Positions 35,901-49,760 of a stretch of 64,000 nt of DNA are shown one piece after another. This DNA is from Callorhinchus milii (taxonomy: Eukaryota): positions 103,852,001-103,916,000 of the forward strand of contig NW_024704743.1 in assembly GCF_018977255.1 (NCBI RefSeq), given 5' to 3'. The notes under the pieces are model-generated. The model worked only from the letters and a program-made list of their open reading frames with translations, was not told the DNA's origin and made no database searches. The translations under genes were made by a program, and so were the position numbers. The number at the start of each line of letters is the position of its first letter. Positions within the stretch are counted from its first letter, which is position 1.

Positions 35901-37853
35901 TTTTCTAAACACTGATATAGTGCAGATACACTAGGATATAGACTCTGGAGTTAGAAGGTGACTGAAAAGAGCAGAGAAAGTCATGCTTGGCCGATTACAC
36001 TGTGGAAATTAAATAGACGAGGGTTCTAGATTCACTTTTGATCATTTAATATTGTTTTCTTTTATTTCTTGTGTAATATTATTTTCTCAATCCCCAGATT
36101 ACACACAATAAACGTTAGCTACAATAATGTTTTGCATCATGTCACGCATGGAAGATGTGAAAAAATGTGTGCTGAAACTGCACTGAAATAGAACAAGTTA
36201 CAATTATGTTAGCATTATCAAATAGTCCACAAATCTTTCCATTGCAGTTGAGAGTGCTCCATAGAATACATTAATATTTCAATGTATTTCTGTTAAACGA
36301 AGAATAACATTTTGTGCCAAAGGTGTTATTCCTTTTACAGGAAGGAACTACATTTGCCAAACAAAATGAACATTTACCTTGTTTCGTGTTATTTTGCGGG
36401 TGCCAGACATACTGTTTTCGTACATTCTGTTTTGACTGAATGGCATCTTATTTGACTGAAATTTGATGAACTTGATCCAACTTTTGCTTTGCGGTCCATT
36501 TATCGCTGCACATTTTGTTCTGAATCTTTATTCAGTAATGATTGAATTCTGGATACAAATATATTTAATTCTCATATGTTTAAATCAGACATAGGACTGT
36601 GGAATGATGCTGGTCCCAGGGAAACTTTCCTGGGCAAAAGCTTTATGCACGGACCACATGCTTATCATCTTCGCTTATTATTCTGAGCAAGCTGGCTTCA
36701 CACCTTCCCCTTCCACCCACCATGGTGCGTGAGTGATCAGCCATTATGCCCCCACTTCCCTACAAACCATACCATACAAATTGCTCTCCCTCAGCTTAAT
36801 TTGAGAGACTCTCCCGATGCAAAAGATGCTATAAAAATATAATTTGTCATTGTTGAAAGTGCATTTCTCACCTTACTATTTCAACAACTCTTTCCAGCCA
36901 TTATTCTTCATTTTTCATTCTTGGCGAATGAAAGAGGAATAATAATAATCCTTGCATTTGATATAGCGCCTTATCATGTCATTGAGAAGTCCCAAAGCCC
37001 TTCACCAAATATACTATGAAGTATGTTTTTCTGCTCCCAGGTTTCTATGCATGTCACTCTGAACCCAGATGCAACAAGATGCACCCCCCATTTAGGGAAA
37101 TCTCTGGCCTCTACCTCCCATCTGACCACGATTCCATAGCTAAAATAAAATCTCAGTACATGCACCCACAATTTAACACTCTGTGGGGTATCACACTGGA
37201 GGTCTGGAGCTTTAGTAATCAGCATTACCTAATCCTAAATCCTTTTCAGGTTCACCACGTATTAAATAAAATAGAGTTTTATATATTTAATTTAAAATCT
37301 TTCTTATAAAAGCACCTTACATCACTTTCCCCCCAATAAGGCTGATCCCCTCAACTTTCACCAGAAAACTATTGTCATTTCCTTATTAAGAACCCATTGT
37401 TAATGCCAATAGAGAAGCCCTTCTGTCTGCTTTAGAATATACAATCAACTTTACTGTTGGCATATTACAAATCCTTTTTTTTTCGCCTCTAGGCAACAAG
37501 GGATCTGATACCCATCCAGTATATTTGTGTGAGTCAATTCCAACAGTCTCCAGGACTGTTAACCATAAACTTCATCCATGACTTGACACATGACTTAAAT
37601 GAAGCACTCCAAGCTTAAGTGTAAATGGGCTAAAACTTCATGCTGGGAAAACGAGCATAAATCTCAACTGGACAGCATTGCTTTCATTCCGTCTGATCAT
37701 TCTTACCATTGGGGGAAATAGCAAGAGGATAATTTTGTCAATTGTACTTTTGTTTCTGACTGATGAAATTGTATTTAATGTATAGAGATTGGATTTGTAT
37801 GTTCACCTGAATGATTTCTGAATATGAACCTTTTGCATCAAGTCTACACAGCT

Positions 37854-37901
37854 ACACAGAAAGAACATCACTTAAATACACAGAAAGAACATCACTTAAA
37901 T
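37854..37901 (+). repeat. Perfect 24 bp tandem duplication ACACAGAAAGAACATCACTTAAAT x2
   Basis: Directly visible. Confidence 0.9.
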
Positions 37902-38422
37902 ATTAAAAGCGAAGGCACGTAGTATTGAATTGGTATCTCTTTTTGCTATCATGAACCTTACGGCTGAAACGTGTCGTAAATTCTATGATGCACTGCCAAA
38001 ACAACAATTTGCATTTATATAGCATCCTTCACGTAAGGTAGCATTTTGTTTGCAGCACCGGAAAATACACAGTAACTACATTTTACAATAAAATCCTGTG
38101 AAAGACTTTGAGACATTTTGACAATGTGATAAGGGGCTACATTTTTATAATTTTATTATTTTGATAACCTTTTGTTGCTTCTAGTGTGGTACATGATTAA
38201 TTTATTGAAGGTGACTTTTTTTAATGAGCCTATATTTAAATAATATAATAACCTTGCATTTGATTTAGCATCTTTCACATCAGGAGAACATCTCAATGTG
38301 CTTCACGAGATTTGCTGCCTATTGTGCAGATGATTGTGGCAGCTAGTTTGCACACACCATTGTCCTACAAACAGCCATAAAGCATAAAGATTCAGGTTGT
38401 CACATGTCAGTCCAAAGTAAAT

Positions 38423-38725
38423 ATAACAATAATAATCCTTGCATTTGATATAGTGCTTTTCATGTCTTCTAATGTCTCAAAGCGATTCACAGAATATACT
38501 GTAAAGTGAATTGACTATATTTGTGGGCGAAACACGGCAGCCAGTTGCACACAGCAGTGTCCCACAAACAGTTGTGGACTGAAGTGACCAATTTATTATT
38601 GTTTTTTTTTCCTTGAGGGATTATTATCAGGCGTGTGGAGTAAGGAAACTTGCCCAAGGTTTCCCCATGCCGGGAATTGAACCCAGACCTCTCGCTTGCT
38701 CTAACCACTGAGCTACAGAACTCCA
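38423..38725 (-). mobile_element. tRNA/Deu SINE
   Basis: Reverse-complement copy with a small deletion in the tRNA head. Confidence 0.9.
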
Positions 38726-39339
38726 CTAAAGGAGTACACTTTCACTCCACTCTCTCTTGGAAAAAGTACTGTTTACAGACTGGGTGTTTTGCCTGCAGCC
38801 ACATTATGCGTATGCTGCTCTGAAACACTTTGAAGACTGCAGTACCTCTGTGTCACAGGAAGAAACAAATCCAATCTCTATAAATTAAATACAATTGCTG
38901 TAGCTTTATAATTTTAGAGTGGATTGTTCCATGCCAAGTGCTGCCAAAAGCTAGATTTTCAAGCTAGGGATTTGTTTATCTGTTCCCATAAACTTGATGC
39001 AAAAGGTTCATATTCAGAAATCATTCAGGTGAACATACTAGTCTTAAAATAGTTTTCATCGGCATGTGCATGGTTTTGTTATGCATTGGCCATGGAATAA
39101 AGTTGAGCACATATTTTGTCTGACATTCCCACAATCCAAAAGTATATTTTAACGTCCAGTTTGGCACCAAAATAAAGCTGTGTATAAATTAGATGTAAGC
39201 ATGGCATCTGTGTCTGTTCCACATCGGCTATTGTTCATAGGAATGCATAGTGTTGCTGACTCCCTGATGGCGCCATGGATAAATGTGTTGCTTTAGTATC
39301 GCACTGAAATATAGAGTGCCCGAGAGTCCAGAGATTTAG

Positions 39340-39700
39340 ATGTCAGCCTGGCTCCGTTGGCAGCACTTTTGCCTCTGACTCAAAAAGTTGTGGGTTCAAG
39401 CCCCACTTCAGGACTTTGAACTCCCAGTCTAGACTGATATTCCAATACAATGCTAGGGAACATCTTCAGATGAGAGGCTAAACTCAGGTCCCATCTGATA
39501 GTTGGGACCTCAGTGTAAAAATCATATAGTACTATCTAGAAAAGAAACAAGAATGTTCTGGCCAACAATCTCCTGTATAAAATTGGTTAATCCCTTCATG
39601 TCTGTGTGTGGGAATTTGATGTATGCAAATTGCACAGTTATTACAATATACAGTAAAGCCCTTGAGATGTGAAAGCTGCTATATCAAATGTGAGGATTAT
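39340..39700 (+). mobile_element. Old SacSINE1-like Deu-SINE, apparently nested in another old tRNA-like SINE (~39258-39790)
   Basis: GTCAGCCTGGCTCCGTTGGCAGCACTTTTGCCTCTGACTCA..GTTGTGGGTTCAAGCCCCAC head, CAGATGAGA..TAAAC..AGGTCCCATCTG Deu domain, ATATCAAATG tail. Confidence 0.7.
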
Positions 39701-39869
39701 AAAGTTTGATCGAGGGTGTATGATGAGTTAGCTAATCTCTTTCATCCTAGCAATAGAGGTTTTACAATTGGCCTTGGTGGCACCTAGAAATACCTCTTTG
39801 GTAATAACTGCTCCACAACATTGTTAGAAATAGTACTTTCTCCAAGGAATCCACTTTTGGATTCACCTC

Positions 39870-40708
39870 TCCGACCTACTATCCTCCTACCTACCTGCCC
39901 GTACCCTCCGTTCCTCTGGCTCCGGTCTGCTCCACATCCCCCGCCCCAACTGCCCTTCTATTGGTGGCCGGGCCTTCAGCCTCTCAGCCCCTGAGCTGAA
40001 GAAGCCTGGAAGAAGTTACCCCCACAATCCCTAATCGCTGCCTTGGAATCCTCTGAACTCCTCTCCCTCTGGTCTTCAACCCTCACTGACCCCTCTTCTG
40101 CTCTCACCCTCCTCCACAACACCCTCTCCTCCACACTTGACACTCTTGCCCCCATCACCTCCCGTACTGTCTCCTACTCTCGCTCCTCCCCCTGGTTCAC
40201 CACCCACCTCCGCGGGACCACATCATTCCCACCCTCGCTCGCCTCCACTGGCTCCCCATCCCCCAAAGGATCGATTTCAAGATCCTCATCCTCACCTACA
40301 AGGCCACTCACGGCCTTGCTCCCTCCAACCTCTCCGACGTACTATCCCCCTACCTACCTGCCCGTACCCTCCGTTCCTCTGGCTCCGGTCTGCTCCACAT
40401 CCCCCGCCCCAACCGCCCTACCATCGGTGACCGGGCCTTCAGCCTCTCAGCCCCTAGGCTCTGGAACTCTATCCCCCAGTGCCTTTGCCTTGCCTCCTCC
40501 CTTTCCTCCTTCAAGGCCGGTCTCAAGACCTTTCTGTTTGACCGTGCCTTCAGCTCCCCTCTCGACTCTCTACCCCCTCCTCGCTCCCTCCCTTCCCTCC
40601 CCCTGACCATTTCCCCCCTGCTCGGGTCCTGACCCAACTATACAACGCCTTGGGACGTCCTCCCGATGTGAAAGGCGCTCTATAAATGGAATCTTGTTGT
40701 TGTTGTTG
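39870..40708 (+). mobile_element. Rearranged young L2 LINE fragment with intact 3' end and (TTG)n
   Basis: TLDTLAPITSRTVS..PWFT fused to LASLHWLPIPQRIDFKILILTYKA. 39870-39990 duplicates about 40330-40455. Tail GGGACGTCCTCCCGATGTGAAAGGCGCTCTATAAATGGAATC(TTG)n. Confidence 0.9.
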
Positions 40709-43700
40709 AAGCACTTTAAGACGCCAGTACCTCTGTACTACAAGGAGAAACAAATCCAACCACTCCTAATCGATATCCCTGGTTAATTAATACAAGGTGC
40801 AGGCAAATTCCACCCATGTCTAGACTGACTTTATTTATGTAGCATTTTAGACCATCCAGAATTTGGCAAATTATTGAAATTAACCTCAGCTTTGAAATCT
40901 GTTTCATATAGTTCTTAAAAAGAAACTTACAGAAAATGAGTACCGTGTTTAAAAATTTGCCAAATTCTGGACACTCTAAAATAGAATAAATCATGATCCA
41001 GGTGAAATTTCTCCACATGAATCCACTAAAAAATGGCACAACTTCAGTTTCCAATTCTAAGATGCTTTCAGGTCTGCCAACCACCCCCCCCCCTCCACCC
41101 ACCCCACACACACACACATTTTCAACACAATGGTGTGGACCAAAGATTTGCAAATAATATTGATGGGATGATTCTCTGCTCATTGCTAAATGTAATAAGT
41201 TTAATGGTAAGTGCATGCTTTTCTTGCCAGTCAGCACATTAACTGACCTTGGTGGAGAAAGCAGTAGATTTTCCTAGTCCATGTTTTATTACCAAGGTTG
41301 GTAAATTTACTGACCAATGAAGAATAAGATATTCTCATCCTCCAAGGATTGGTAATTATAATGGGAAAACGCTATTAGAAGCTGACGTTGCTAAACGGCA
41401 ATAATATAATAATATAACATAATACTAATACTGACATTTCAGCCTGCCAATGTTAAGAATGGTATTTCTTGGCCAACATCCCCTCGATAAAATTGGTCAT
41501 TCACTTCATGGCTTTTGCGCCATGAAGTGCGTAATGATGTATGCAATTAGTCTGTTGCTTTCGCAGACAAATGCAGTCACAACACTCTATAGTAAAATCA
41601 TGTGAAGCACCTTGAGACGTTTTCATGATGTGATGAGGCACTATATCAAATGCAAGTATTATTATTATTTTTCTCTATGATAGAAGCACAATTTCTGTGT
41701 CTGCACAACGTGGCCATTTATAAGCATCTACAAATGCTCCAGTCCCAATATAGCACAATAAGGTCCAGTGTGTATAAGGCTGCTGTCCCTATGCCCAAAC
41801 AACCCCTATGCAATTTTCACAACAGTGATCTTAATGCAAGCAACATCATGTCATTTTCACAGCACAATTAAGCATTTGAATCAGAGTTACATCATCACAT
41901 CTAAATCGCCAGAAAAATACCTTTAAAAAGGCTCCCCAAGCACTTTGGATCAAGACTTCTTTAAAGCATATTCAGAAATACTTTTTAGGGCTATGCCAAT
42001 ATTTGAATTTATACCTATGGTTTTAGCTACAGTCCAGTGACATTTGAGTATTCTCTTAAAATATATGAAGAGTTTTGAAACAGTTGTCCTAAGTGACAGG
42101 CACTGCATCACATTCATTTTGAGTTGTTGATGTTGTTGTCGATATTGGGCAGAGCTCTGGGAGCAGATTGCCTGCCCACCTTAGCCACATGAATGGGCTA
42201 GGGAGAAAACAGAGGCATTTATACCATGACTAGCAAAGAGATATTGCCACCTAGCTCTATACCACAGCATTAACATATTTTACATCCCAGCATCTGACTG
42301 TGTGACACATTAATATGCATTTGTACTACTAGCAATGTACCTTTTGCTGCAGCCATTTCATTCTTCTCCCAAGCGGTTCACTCGTGGTTCATATTCACTT
42401 AATTCTGGTATGAAGTGACATTGAGAAAAATCACATTTTTATTAAAAGCAAGGACGTTGCTTGTTTGGTTCCGGTGAAAGTCATATTATTGTGCACTAAA
42501 TCCACACTTGGTGTAAAGTTTCTGATCACGTACTCCAGTCAGAAACTGTTAATAGTGTTGCAGTATGCAAGGCTGTGACAATCCTAACACATTTTAAATT
42601 AAAGACAAGCATCCGTTTTTCTTTTTCGTTATCCCTTGAGCAAGAAAGATTTTGCTTGTATTAACCTAGTTTCTCATTGCCTAAAGAGTCCCTTTCTTTC
42701 AGGCTCAAGATAAGTATACCTCAACAATAATTTGTGCCTTAGGTACTTTCTCTCTACATCAATGTGTTTTAGAAGTGGAACACTATGGATAAGCATTTGA
42801 TAGGCCAAGACACCATAGAGTGCTTGTCAAACACTTTTTCAATAATCTCCATCATTTTAAAGTAGGCCTAAGCATAGGAATCTCTAGTCTTGTCAATGCC
42901 ATTGGTGTTTTCAGCTATTGATTTTCTTCCAAATTCAGCAAAGAATTATCACTAAGAAATACCCATTCAAAATTACAGGGAAAATTCCATTTGTTGTCCA
43001 CGTTAAAACCCAAATATTCAGAGGAATAACCCTTCAGATCTCCTTAGATAGATGAAGTCCTGGTTACTTTATGTCTGGTTCTACAGATTACAGTTGACTT
43101 GCTTGGTCTCATGTTTTTAAAGACTGTAAGTCTCAGTGCGTAAATAAATAAATCTTTAAACCATGGCCAGTGGAGCTGAAAGTAACAGAATAATAAAATC
43201 TTTTTTACTCATTTTGTTCTTTAATTGTCGCAATCTCAATTTTTTTTGCAACTTGTAATCAGCTTTTAGTAAACTTGTAATTTTAATGTCATCAAAGAGA
43301 ATAACCTTCCACATACTGTTTCCTGCTGGAGCTTGTAATTGTACTCCTCAAAAGAGAGGTAGATATGTAATTACTGTATTTTCTAAGATTATTTTCTACC
43401 CTGTTTATTTTCTTCCCAGGCTTCTTTTTCTCTTTATTCTTTAATGGTTAATTTTTTTTCTCTCTCGCACAATTCCAATCCAAGTCTTTCAATACTTCTT
43501 TATATTCTGTGGTGCGGTACAGTTTGCTTTCTTAACCTTGACTTCTCCTTTTGAAATCAAAATAATACATGTCCCGGAATGTCAATTTTCTTGAATTCTT
43601 CATGCCTCATATCTCTGTTACAATGTACACTAATCCTTGATGTTATTGGCATACCGTGGGACACAGGATTCTATCATTTGTGTGTCAATTCTAAGTTCAA

Positions 43701-43839
43701 TGTATTCAATGTACCTTAGTCTGGTACTGTTCACAGGTTGTCAGAGAATGCAACTGAGAAGAGAGTGAATATAGTGGCGAATAAAGTAATCACCATTAAG
43801 CAATGACCATTTTCAAGGCTCTTAAAAGACTAGGCTAGA

Positions 43840-44400
43840 TGGAATGCATCCATGGAGTACCAAAGGAAATTAGGGTAAAAGCAGGGATTACTCTGGAAGA
43901 TATTTAGGATACAAGGGGTGGTAGCCACAGGCTAGTTCAAGTAATATCACTCTTTCAAAAATGTCATATTCATAATCCTGGGATTTATAAGCTGGTTAGG
44001 TTGACATCTAAATATCTATGGTGGGAAACTTAATATATCTATGGTGACATCTAATATAAAGTAAACAATTCATGAGAATCCTGTGCGCATAAAAACAATA
44101 AATTGAAAAACTTAAGTGAGTTCGAGAAAGGCAAGTCATACCTTGCAAATATTACAGTATTCTTTGCATATTTTGTAGAATCATAGAAACTACAGCAGTG
44201 AAGGAAATCTTTCAGCACATCGAGTTTATGCTGGAGATATCCACTGTAATCCCACTATTCCTGCTGGTTCACTGTTCCGTATTAAATTGCTTTTTTTCAA
44301 ATATTTATCCAATTTCCTTTTAAATGTTGTTAAGGTCTTAGGTTCAATGGCCACTTGTGGCAAAACATTCCATGCTCTAATAACCTTCTGCATGAAAAAT
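43840..44400. mobile_element. CR1 LINE fragments (RT piece on plus ~43840-44170; 3' end on minus ~44175-44400)
   Basis: FFMQKVIRAWNVLPQ..TFKRKLDKYLK on minus with TAGAATCATAGAA end; plus-strand GFEKGKS.LANI-like remnants. Confidence 0.7.
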
Positions 44401-45236
44401 ATAACCCAAATGAGAGAACCTTCTGTGATTGATATCATAAACTGTGCCCATAATTTCAGAAAGCATTTGCTGGTATTCCACACAAGAATCACAATACGAA
44501 AGAGAAACCAAATGGTTTACCTAGATCCAATATCGGTCCTAAATATCCCGCATGTTGGATGGCCTTTCCTTGTTATTGATCTCTTCTGTTACTTAGGTTT
44601 TGATTTATAAATTGGTGTATGTTTTCTCCACGGCCATAGTTTTTGATTCTCTTACTGTGCCCACTTTGTTTGTTCTGCGTCAGTAATATAATCCAAAAAA
44701 TAAATAATTTTAATATCATCAAAGGATTTACTTGTCAGATTCTAAAAAATGTTACGTTCCATCCGAGTGAATGTCGGTTTTGGTGCCAGTTTTAAACAGG
44801 TGTTACAAGCATGCCTTTGAGGGCAACTTATGATTGCAAAATCCCAGATGCAAAATGACTCAGTAGCACAATTGGAATTATCACAGATCTAAACTTGATC
44901 TGCATTGGAAATGAATCAGAAGAAGTGCCCATGTTTGTTGTGTTATTTTATGCATGAAGATTTCCAGCTCCTGTGGCTGTTTCTCAGGTAATCAAAAGAA
45001 GTTTGAATGATGAAGAGCCTTTGGCCATTTGATCTCATCCTTCCAGAATACTAACCCTACAATCTTCCAATTACAGCATCAAACTGTAATTTAAATGATC
45101 CTGGCCTCAATCATCCATCTGAACAACCTATTACAGTGATGTTGTACCCTTCTCAATTCTAATAAAAATTTTGTATACCTCTATAATACCGTAGTGATAT
45201 TCCTGTATGTCATATCCATTTTCAGCCAAATGGTTC

Positions 45237-45849
45237 TGTCACGGACATCTTGTTTTTATTAATGCTCTACCTCATACTAGTGATATTTGCTGTAGATAAT
45301 CTGTGTACAGAAAATCTGTCAAAATAAGCCGCTTCGCTTTAAGCAATTGTGTCTAGTGACTGAAAATATAATTTAAAGCTGTTCTGCCTTGAAGACACAA
45401 AGTCTGTGATCTGGGTGAGTGTTGCAACAAAAAAAGGCGGGAACAGGTATTGAGAGATACATTGAAAAGGGAGGAGATAAAATCGTATAAAAGGAAGGGG
45501 CTCATTAGACTCGGGGTCGCTCTTCGCCTTTAGTGTCATCAAGGAGATATGTGCCTGACCTGAGAGCCTTGTCTCCTAGTCAGGATTGTTTTTTCTTTGT
45601 TTACCAACTTTGGGTAAAGCTGTTATTGTTATAGTTATGGTATCAGGGTTTTTCTATTTCTTAACATTGCGACTGTTTATTGTATTATTGGGCAGTGTAA
45701 GTGAGGCATAGGGTTTTAAGGACCAATAAAGTACCATTGCCTTTTCTAAAAAGTGCATCTCGAGTCTCTGCTAAATTCAGGAGGGAGGGAGATACACAAG
45801 CAGGTTATTGCTGATGTCAACTGTCCGATTGATGCAACTCATTGTGACA
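45237..45849 (+). mobile_element. Probable solo LTR (Gypsy-like)
   Basis: Termini TGTCAC...GTGACA, internal TATAAAAG near 45486 and AATAAA near 45725; no clear target-site duplication. Confidence 0.5.
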
Positions 45850-46868
45850 CTATCAAACATTGGAATTACCTGATGTTGTGTTAATTCTCACATAGTGAAG
45901 TTTCACATAGAAAGGGAACTTGCATGTCACAGAGAAGAATCTACACACCATGCGCTTTACATAAAGCGGGTATACATTAAGGGGTGAGAACAATCGCAGT
46001 TCCCAGCTTGTTGAAGGAAAGCCTGAAGTTCCTCTTCAGTTGCAGCATATGGGGTAATCCCACTCCTATCATATTGACAACAGAGGATGAGTGGGTGTTG
46101 TCCTGCCATGATGTGTAGAAGGTTTTTCCAGATTGATGACTTTTTTAAACATATCCTTTCCAGTCATTTCACAGTGATGCATTTCACCTAACCTCACTTG
46201 CCTTTATTTTGCTGTACTGTTTTCATGCTGGGCACTAATTAACAGATATTGAGAGTTTTACAGCTTGTTTATCACTTGTGGATCTGAACTGATCTAAACT
46301 CCTATAGGGTGTGGAAAGTGAAAAACTGGACTGTTTGTCAGATGCAGCATTGTAATAAGTCTTCTACTGTACAAGCACTGCCCAGATTCTGTACATTCTT
46401 TCAAAACCAACATGTTAATCCATCTATGAAGAACTTCCATAATGTAAGCAACGTATTAAACAGCTGCAAAAATACTCCTATCTCAACACAAATAAAAAGA
46501 CCAAATTACAGAGTAAAGTAATGCTGTGACAGAAGAAAACAGTTAAACAAGATCAATATGCTAATGTATACTTTGTACATTAAAAAAAGCCTAAGGAATT
46601 TGCTGCATTGTCAAAAAATAAGGCTGCTGAACTCTCAAAACTCCATCATTAATTCCTCTGCTTTCCCAATGGAATTTTGGGCCAACTTTGGCGGCTCTGC
46701 TTGAAGATCTTGCCATTGAGGAGCAGCTTAGCTATTATCTTCTTTGCAATGCTGTGAAAACTCAGTTTGAATATATCTATTATACAGAGCACATTTACTC
46801 CCCAATTTACTATCTTCGTTTGTCAGTTTTATTCTAAGTGCTCTTTATGTTTCTCTTGTTTCTCTCGT

Positions 46869-47199
46869 GGAGTCCTGTAGCTCAGTGGTTAGAGCACTCG
46901 CTTTGCAAGCGAGAGACCTGAGTTCAATTCCAGGCAGGGCGAAACCTTGGGCAAGTTTCCTTACTCCACACGCCTAATAATAATCCCTCCAAAACCAAAA
47001 ACAATAATAAAAAATTGGTCATTTTTAATCTACGACTGTCTGTGGGACATTGCTGTGCGCAATTGGCTGCCGCGTTCGCCCACAAATATACAGTCAATTC
47101 ACTTTACAGTGTGTTCTGTGAAGCGCTTTGGGACGTCCTCCCGACGTGAAAAGCGCTATATCAAATGCAAGGATTATTATTATATTATTATTATTATTT
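46869..47199 (+). mobile_element. Young tRNA/Deu SINE, full length
   Basis: Near-identical to 577-897. Confidence 0.93.
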
Positions 47200-47339
47200 A
47201 ACAGAGTGGTATTGAGCATCATCTTAATGATTGCTGACCCCGGTTCCCAAATGTAGTAGTAAATCACTGAACCACTTTTTAAAGCGTTCAGCTTTTCCGT
47301 TGGTTGACAGGCTTGTCATTTTCACCTTCCCCTCCAAAC

Positions 47340-47740
47340 TGACTGGATACAAATGTTCTCTTAACCAATGAGTCAAAAGATTGTAGGTTCAAGCCCCGTG
47401 TCAAGATTTTGAGGTCCAATACTGTGCTGGGAGTGTGCTGCTTTATTAGAGGTGCCATTCATTGGATGAGACTTTAAACTAAGGTACCGTCTGCCAGTTC
47501 AGGTAGACATTAATGATCCAATGACACTTTTCAAAAAGAGAAAGGAGACTGTCTCAGTTTGCGACTGAACAATCTCGCAGATAAAATTAGTCATTGACTT
47601 CATGGCTGTTTGTGGGCCACTGCAGTTGCACAAATTGGCTGCCATGTTTGCCACAATATACATAGTCACTGCACTTCACAATAACTCCTGCAACGTGCTT
47701 TGTGAAAGTCATGCTATCAAATGCAAGATTATTATTATAG
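47340..47740 (+). mobile_element. Old SacSINE1-like Deu-SINE
   Basis: GGTTCAAGCCCC head, GATGAGACTTTAAACTAAGGTACCGTCTGCC Deu domain, ATCAAATGCAAGATTATTATTA tail. Confidence 0.75.
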
Positions 47741-48379
47741 ATCTACAAATGTAGACAAATGGGTAAAATTTGTGACATTTTAAAACAAACTCATTGTGAT
47801 TATCATGTAGAATCTTTTATAAGATGTGCCAAATCTCATCACCACTTGACCAATATCATACCGGGTTAATCGATGGCAACAGGTGACTCAGCCCAACATG
47901 TCCGCGCTGGTGTTTATATGCACATGAATCGCTACTCATTCCTTACTGCCTCACCTTTCTATTCCCTTCTCCCTCATGTGAAGGTTTTGCTTCCTCTTGA
48001 ATGAATCTATACTATCTGATTCAACCATTACTTCTGCCAGCGAGTTCCACAGTCTCAGAGCCCTCTCTGTGAAGCAGTACACTTTTAATCCTGAGATACA
48101 ATTGGAAACAACACATTTCAGAACAAAATATTTCAGTCCATCTAAATGTGGAGTTTTTATAGTTTATATATAGTTATTATTGATACTGTAATCAACTTTT
48201 GCATGACAGTTGATTTTTGTTATGGTAATTATTAAAGGTTATGTAAAACCAATAGTTTCACTGTGGCAAATCAACACGTTGGGATGTCCTCCAGATATGA
48301 AAGGCGCTATACAAATGTAATTTGTATTGCATCCCCTATATTTTATTGTTCCACAAAATTCTGAGTGAATTGTCAGCAG

Positions 48380-49760
48380 AATGAGTTGATACTCGGAAAG
48401 GTTAGTGGAGGGACTTGGCCTAAGTTGTAGTTAGTTGGTGAGTATTGGTAACTATATAAGCTGTGGCTTTGTTTGGATTGACTTGAATAAGTGGTGGCTG
48501 TGAGAATCAAGCATTGATTGTGTTGTGAGAATGAAGGGCATGGTTCAGAGCCCTGAGGGCTTCTCACAGTGAGTTACTGGTAGAATCATGAGAGTATAAA
48601 TTAAAGTGGGTCGAGTCCAATTGAATGACAATGCAACACAGTGAGCTGGTGCCAAGAGAGTTTAGCAGAGAGAGTTTGAGCCTCAGTTGGTCTGAATCCA
48701 CCAAGGTCAGGTAAGTTTGAAAATGGGTTCTAGAATTAGTTTGTTCTTAATATTACAACAGACAGAGTATACAAATAGAAGGATCAGAAACGAAACTAAC
48801 ATATGTGTGGCATGGATGATATGTGCTATTCTGGAGGAATACACATGCATGAAGTGTCAGACGTTGTGTTGCTTTAGCAGAGAAATGCCAACCTCGAGCA
48901 CCAGCTGGCTACAATCCACAATTTATATGAACAGGGAAGTTTTCCGGGGCATTTGTTCCAGAAGGTGGTCACTCTGCAGATTCAGGGAAATAATGAACCA
49001 GAGGGAGGAGAATGGAGGAATCAATGTAGGAAACCTCTGTGGGTCTGCAATATGGATACAGAAATCTCCGCAAATCTGGAACCTGGCTTAACTTGTCACC
49101 ATCACTCAAGTCGTCATGCTGTCAATATCCTGGCTGCTTCCAATGCAACTGTTAGAAAGCTTCCAATACAGCACAAAATTGATCGGATAACTTATCCTAT
49201 AAAATGGCGTTTGCATCGCAGAGGCCTCCTGCCTATCCTGTGGCTTGTGCGAGTGCTTATCAGATGTTGGGCATTCTCAGATGCATCGCGGTGGGGGATT
49301 GGGAGGAGGGAGATGAGCTGAAGCAACTGTATGTGTGGGAGGAAAGATGGCCAAAATTGTAGTCAAAGAGTTGGGACTTAAGACAGGTTTTAAGGCAGGG
49401 TGCTATACCTGGAAGTCCTGAACAATATGTTGCTTTCTAGATGACAGAACGAATAGGGTGAAAAATATCCTGAAAAGGGGAAGAACGGTCAAAATGCTTG
49501 GTTTACAAAGACTTCAGAAAGTGTAGGATAGAATTTGAGGAGGCTAGCTCTCCACTGAACATTAAAACATCAAACATTCAGCAGTAACCTCACGCTGACT
49601 TCCTGGTGGCACACAAGGCCAGTTAGAGAGAAAGAAGTTTCATAATTCAACACGTAGCTTGAGAGGTGATTCAGGAAGGAGGCTTTCAAATTTATAAGAC
49701 ATTGGGACAAAATTCTGGGGTGGGGAAAGCTGTTTAAACAGGAACGGTTTCATCTATTCA
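48380..49760 (+). mobile_element. Decayed CR1 5' region / ORF1 remnants
   Basis: C..WM.....EEYTCMKC zinc-knuckle-like remnant near 48800-48860; esterase-like remnant (EGGFQ..RHWD.FWG..LFKQERFHL) near 49650-49760. Confidence 0.5.

Larger units (their letters stand above)
37797..39038. repeat. Perfect 47 bp inverted repeat (37797-37843 vs 38992-39038)
   Basis: gtatgttcacctgaatgatttctgaatatgaaccttttgcatcaagt and its exact reverse complement. Confidence 0.92.

Noticed and set aside
745..47201. Recurring small ORF family (MGKFPYSTRLIIIPP...KCKDYYYY)
   Set aside because: It is a translation of SINE copies, typically from TTG/GTG starts, with variable frameshifts; not a gene family.
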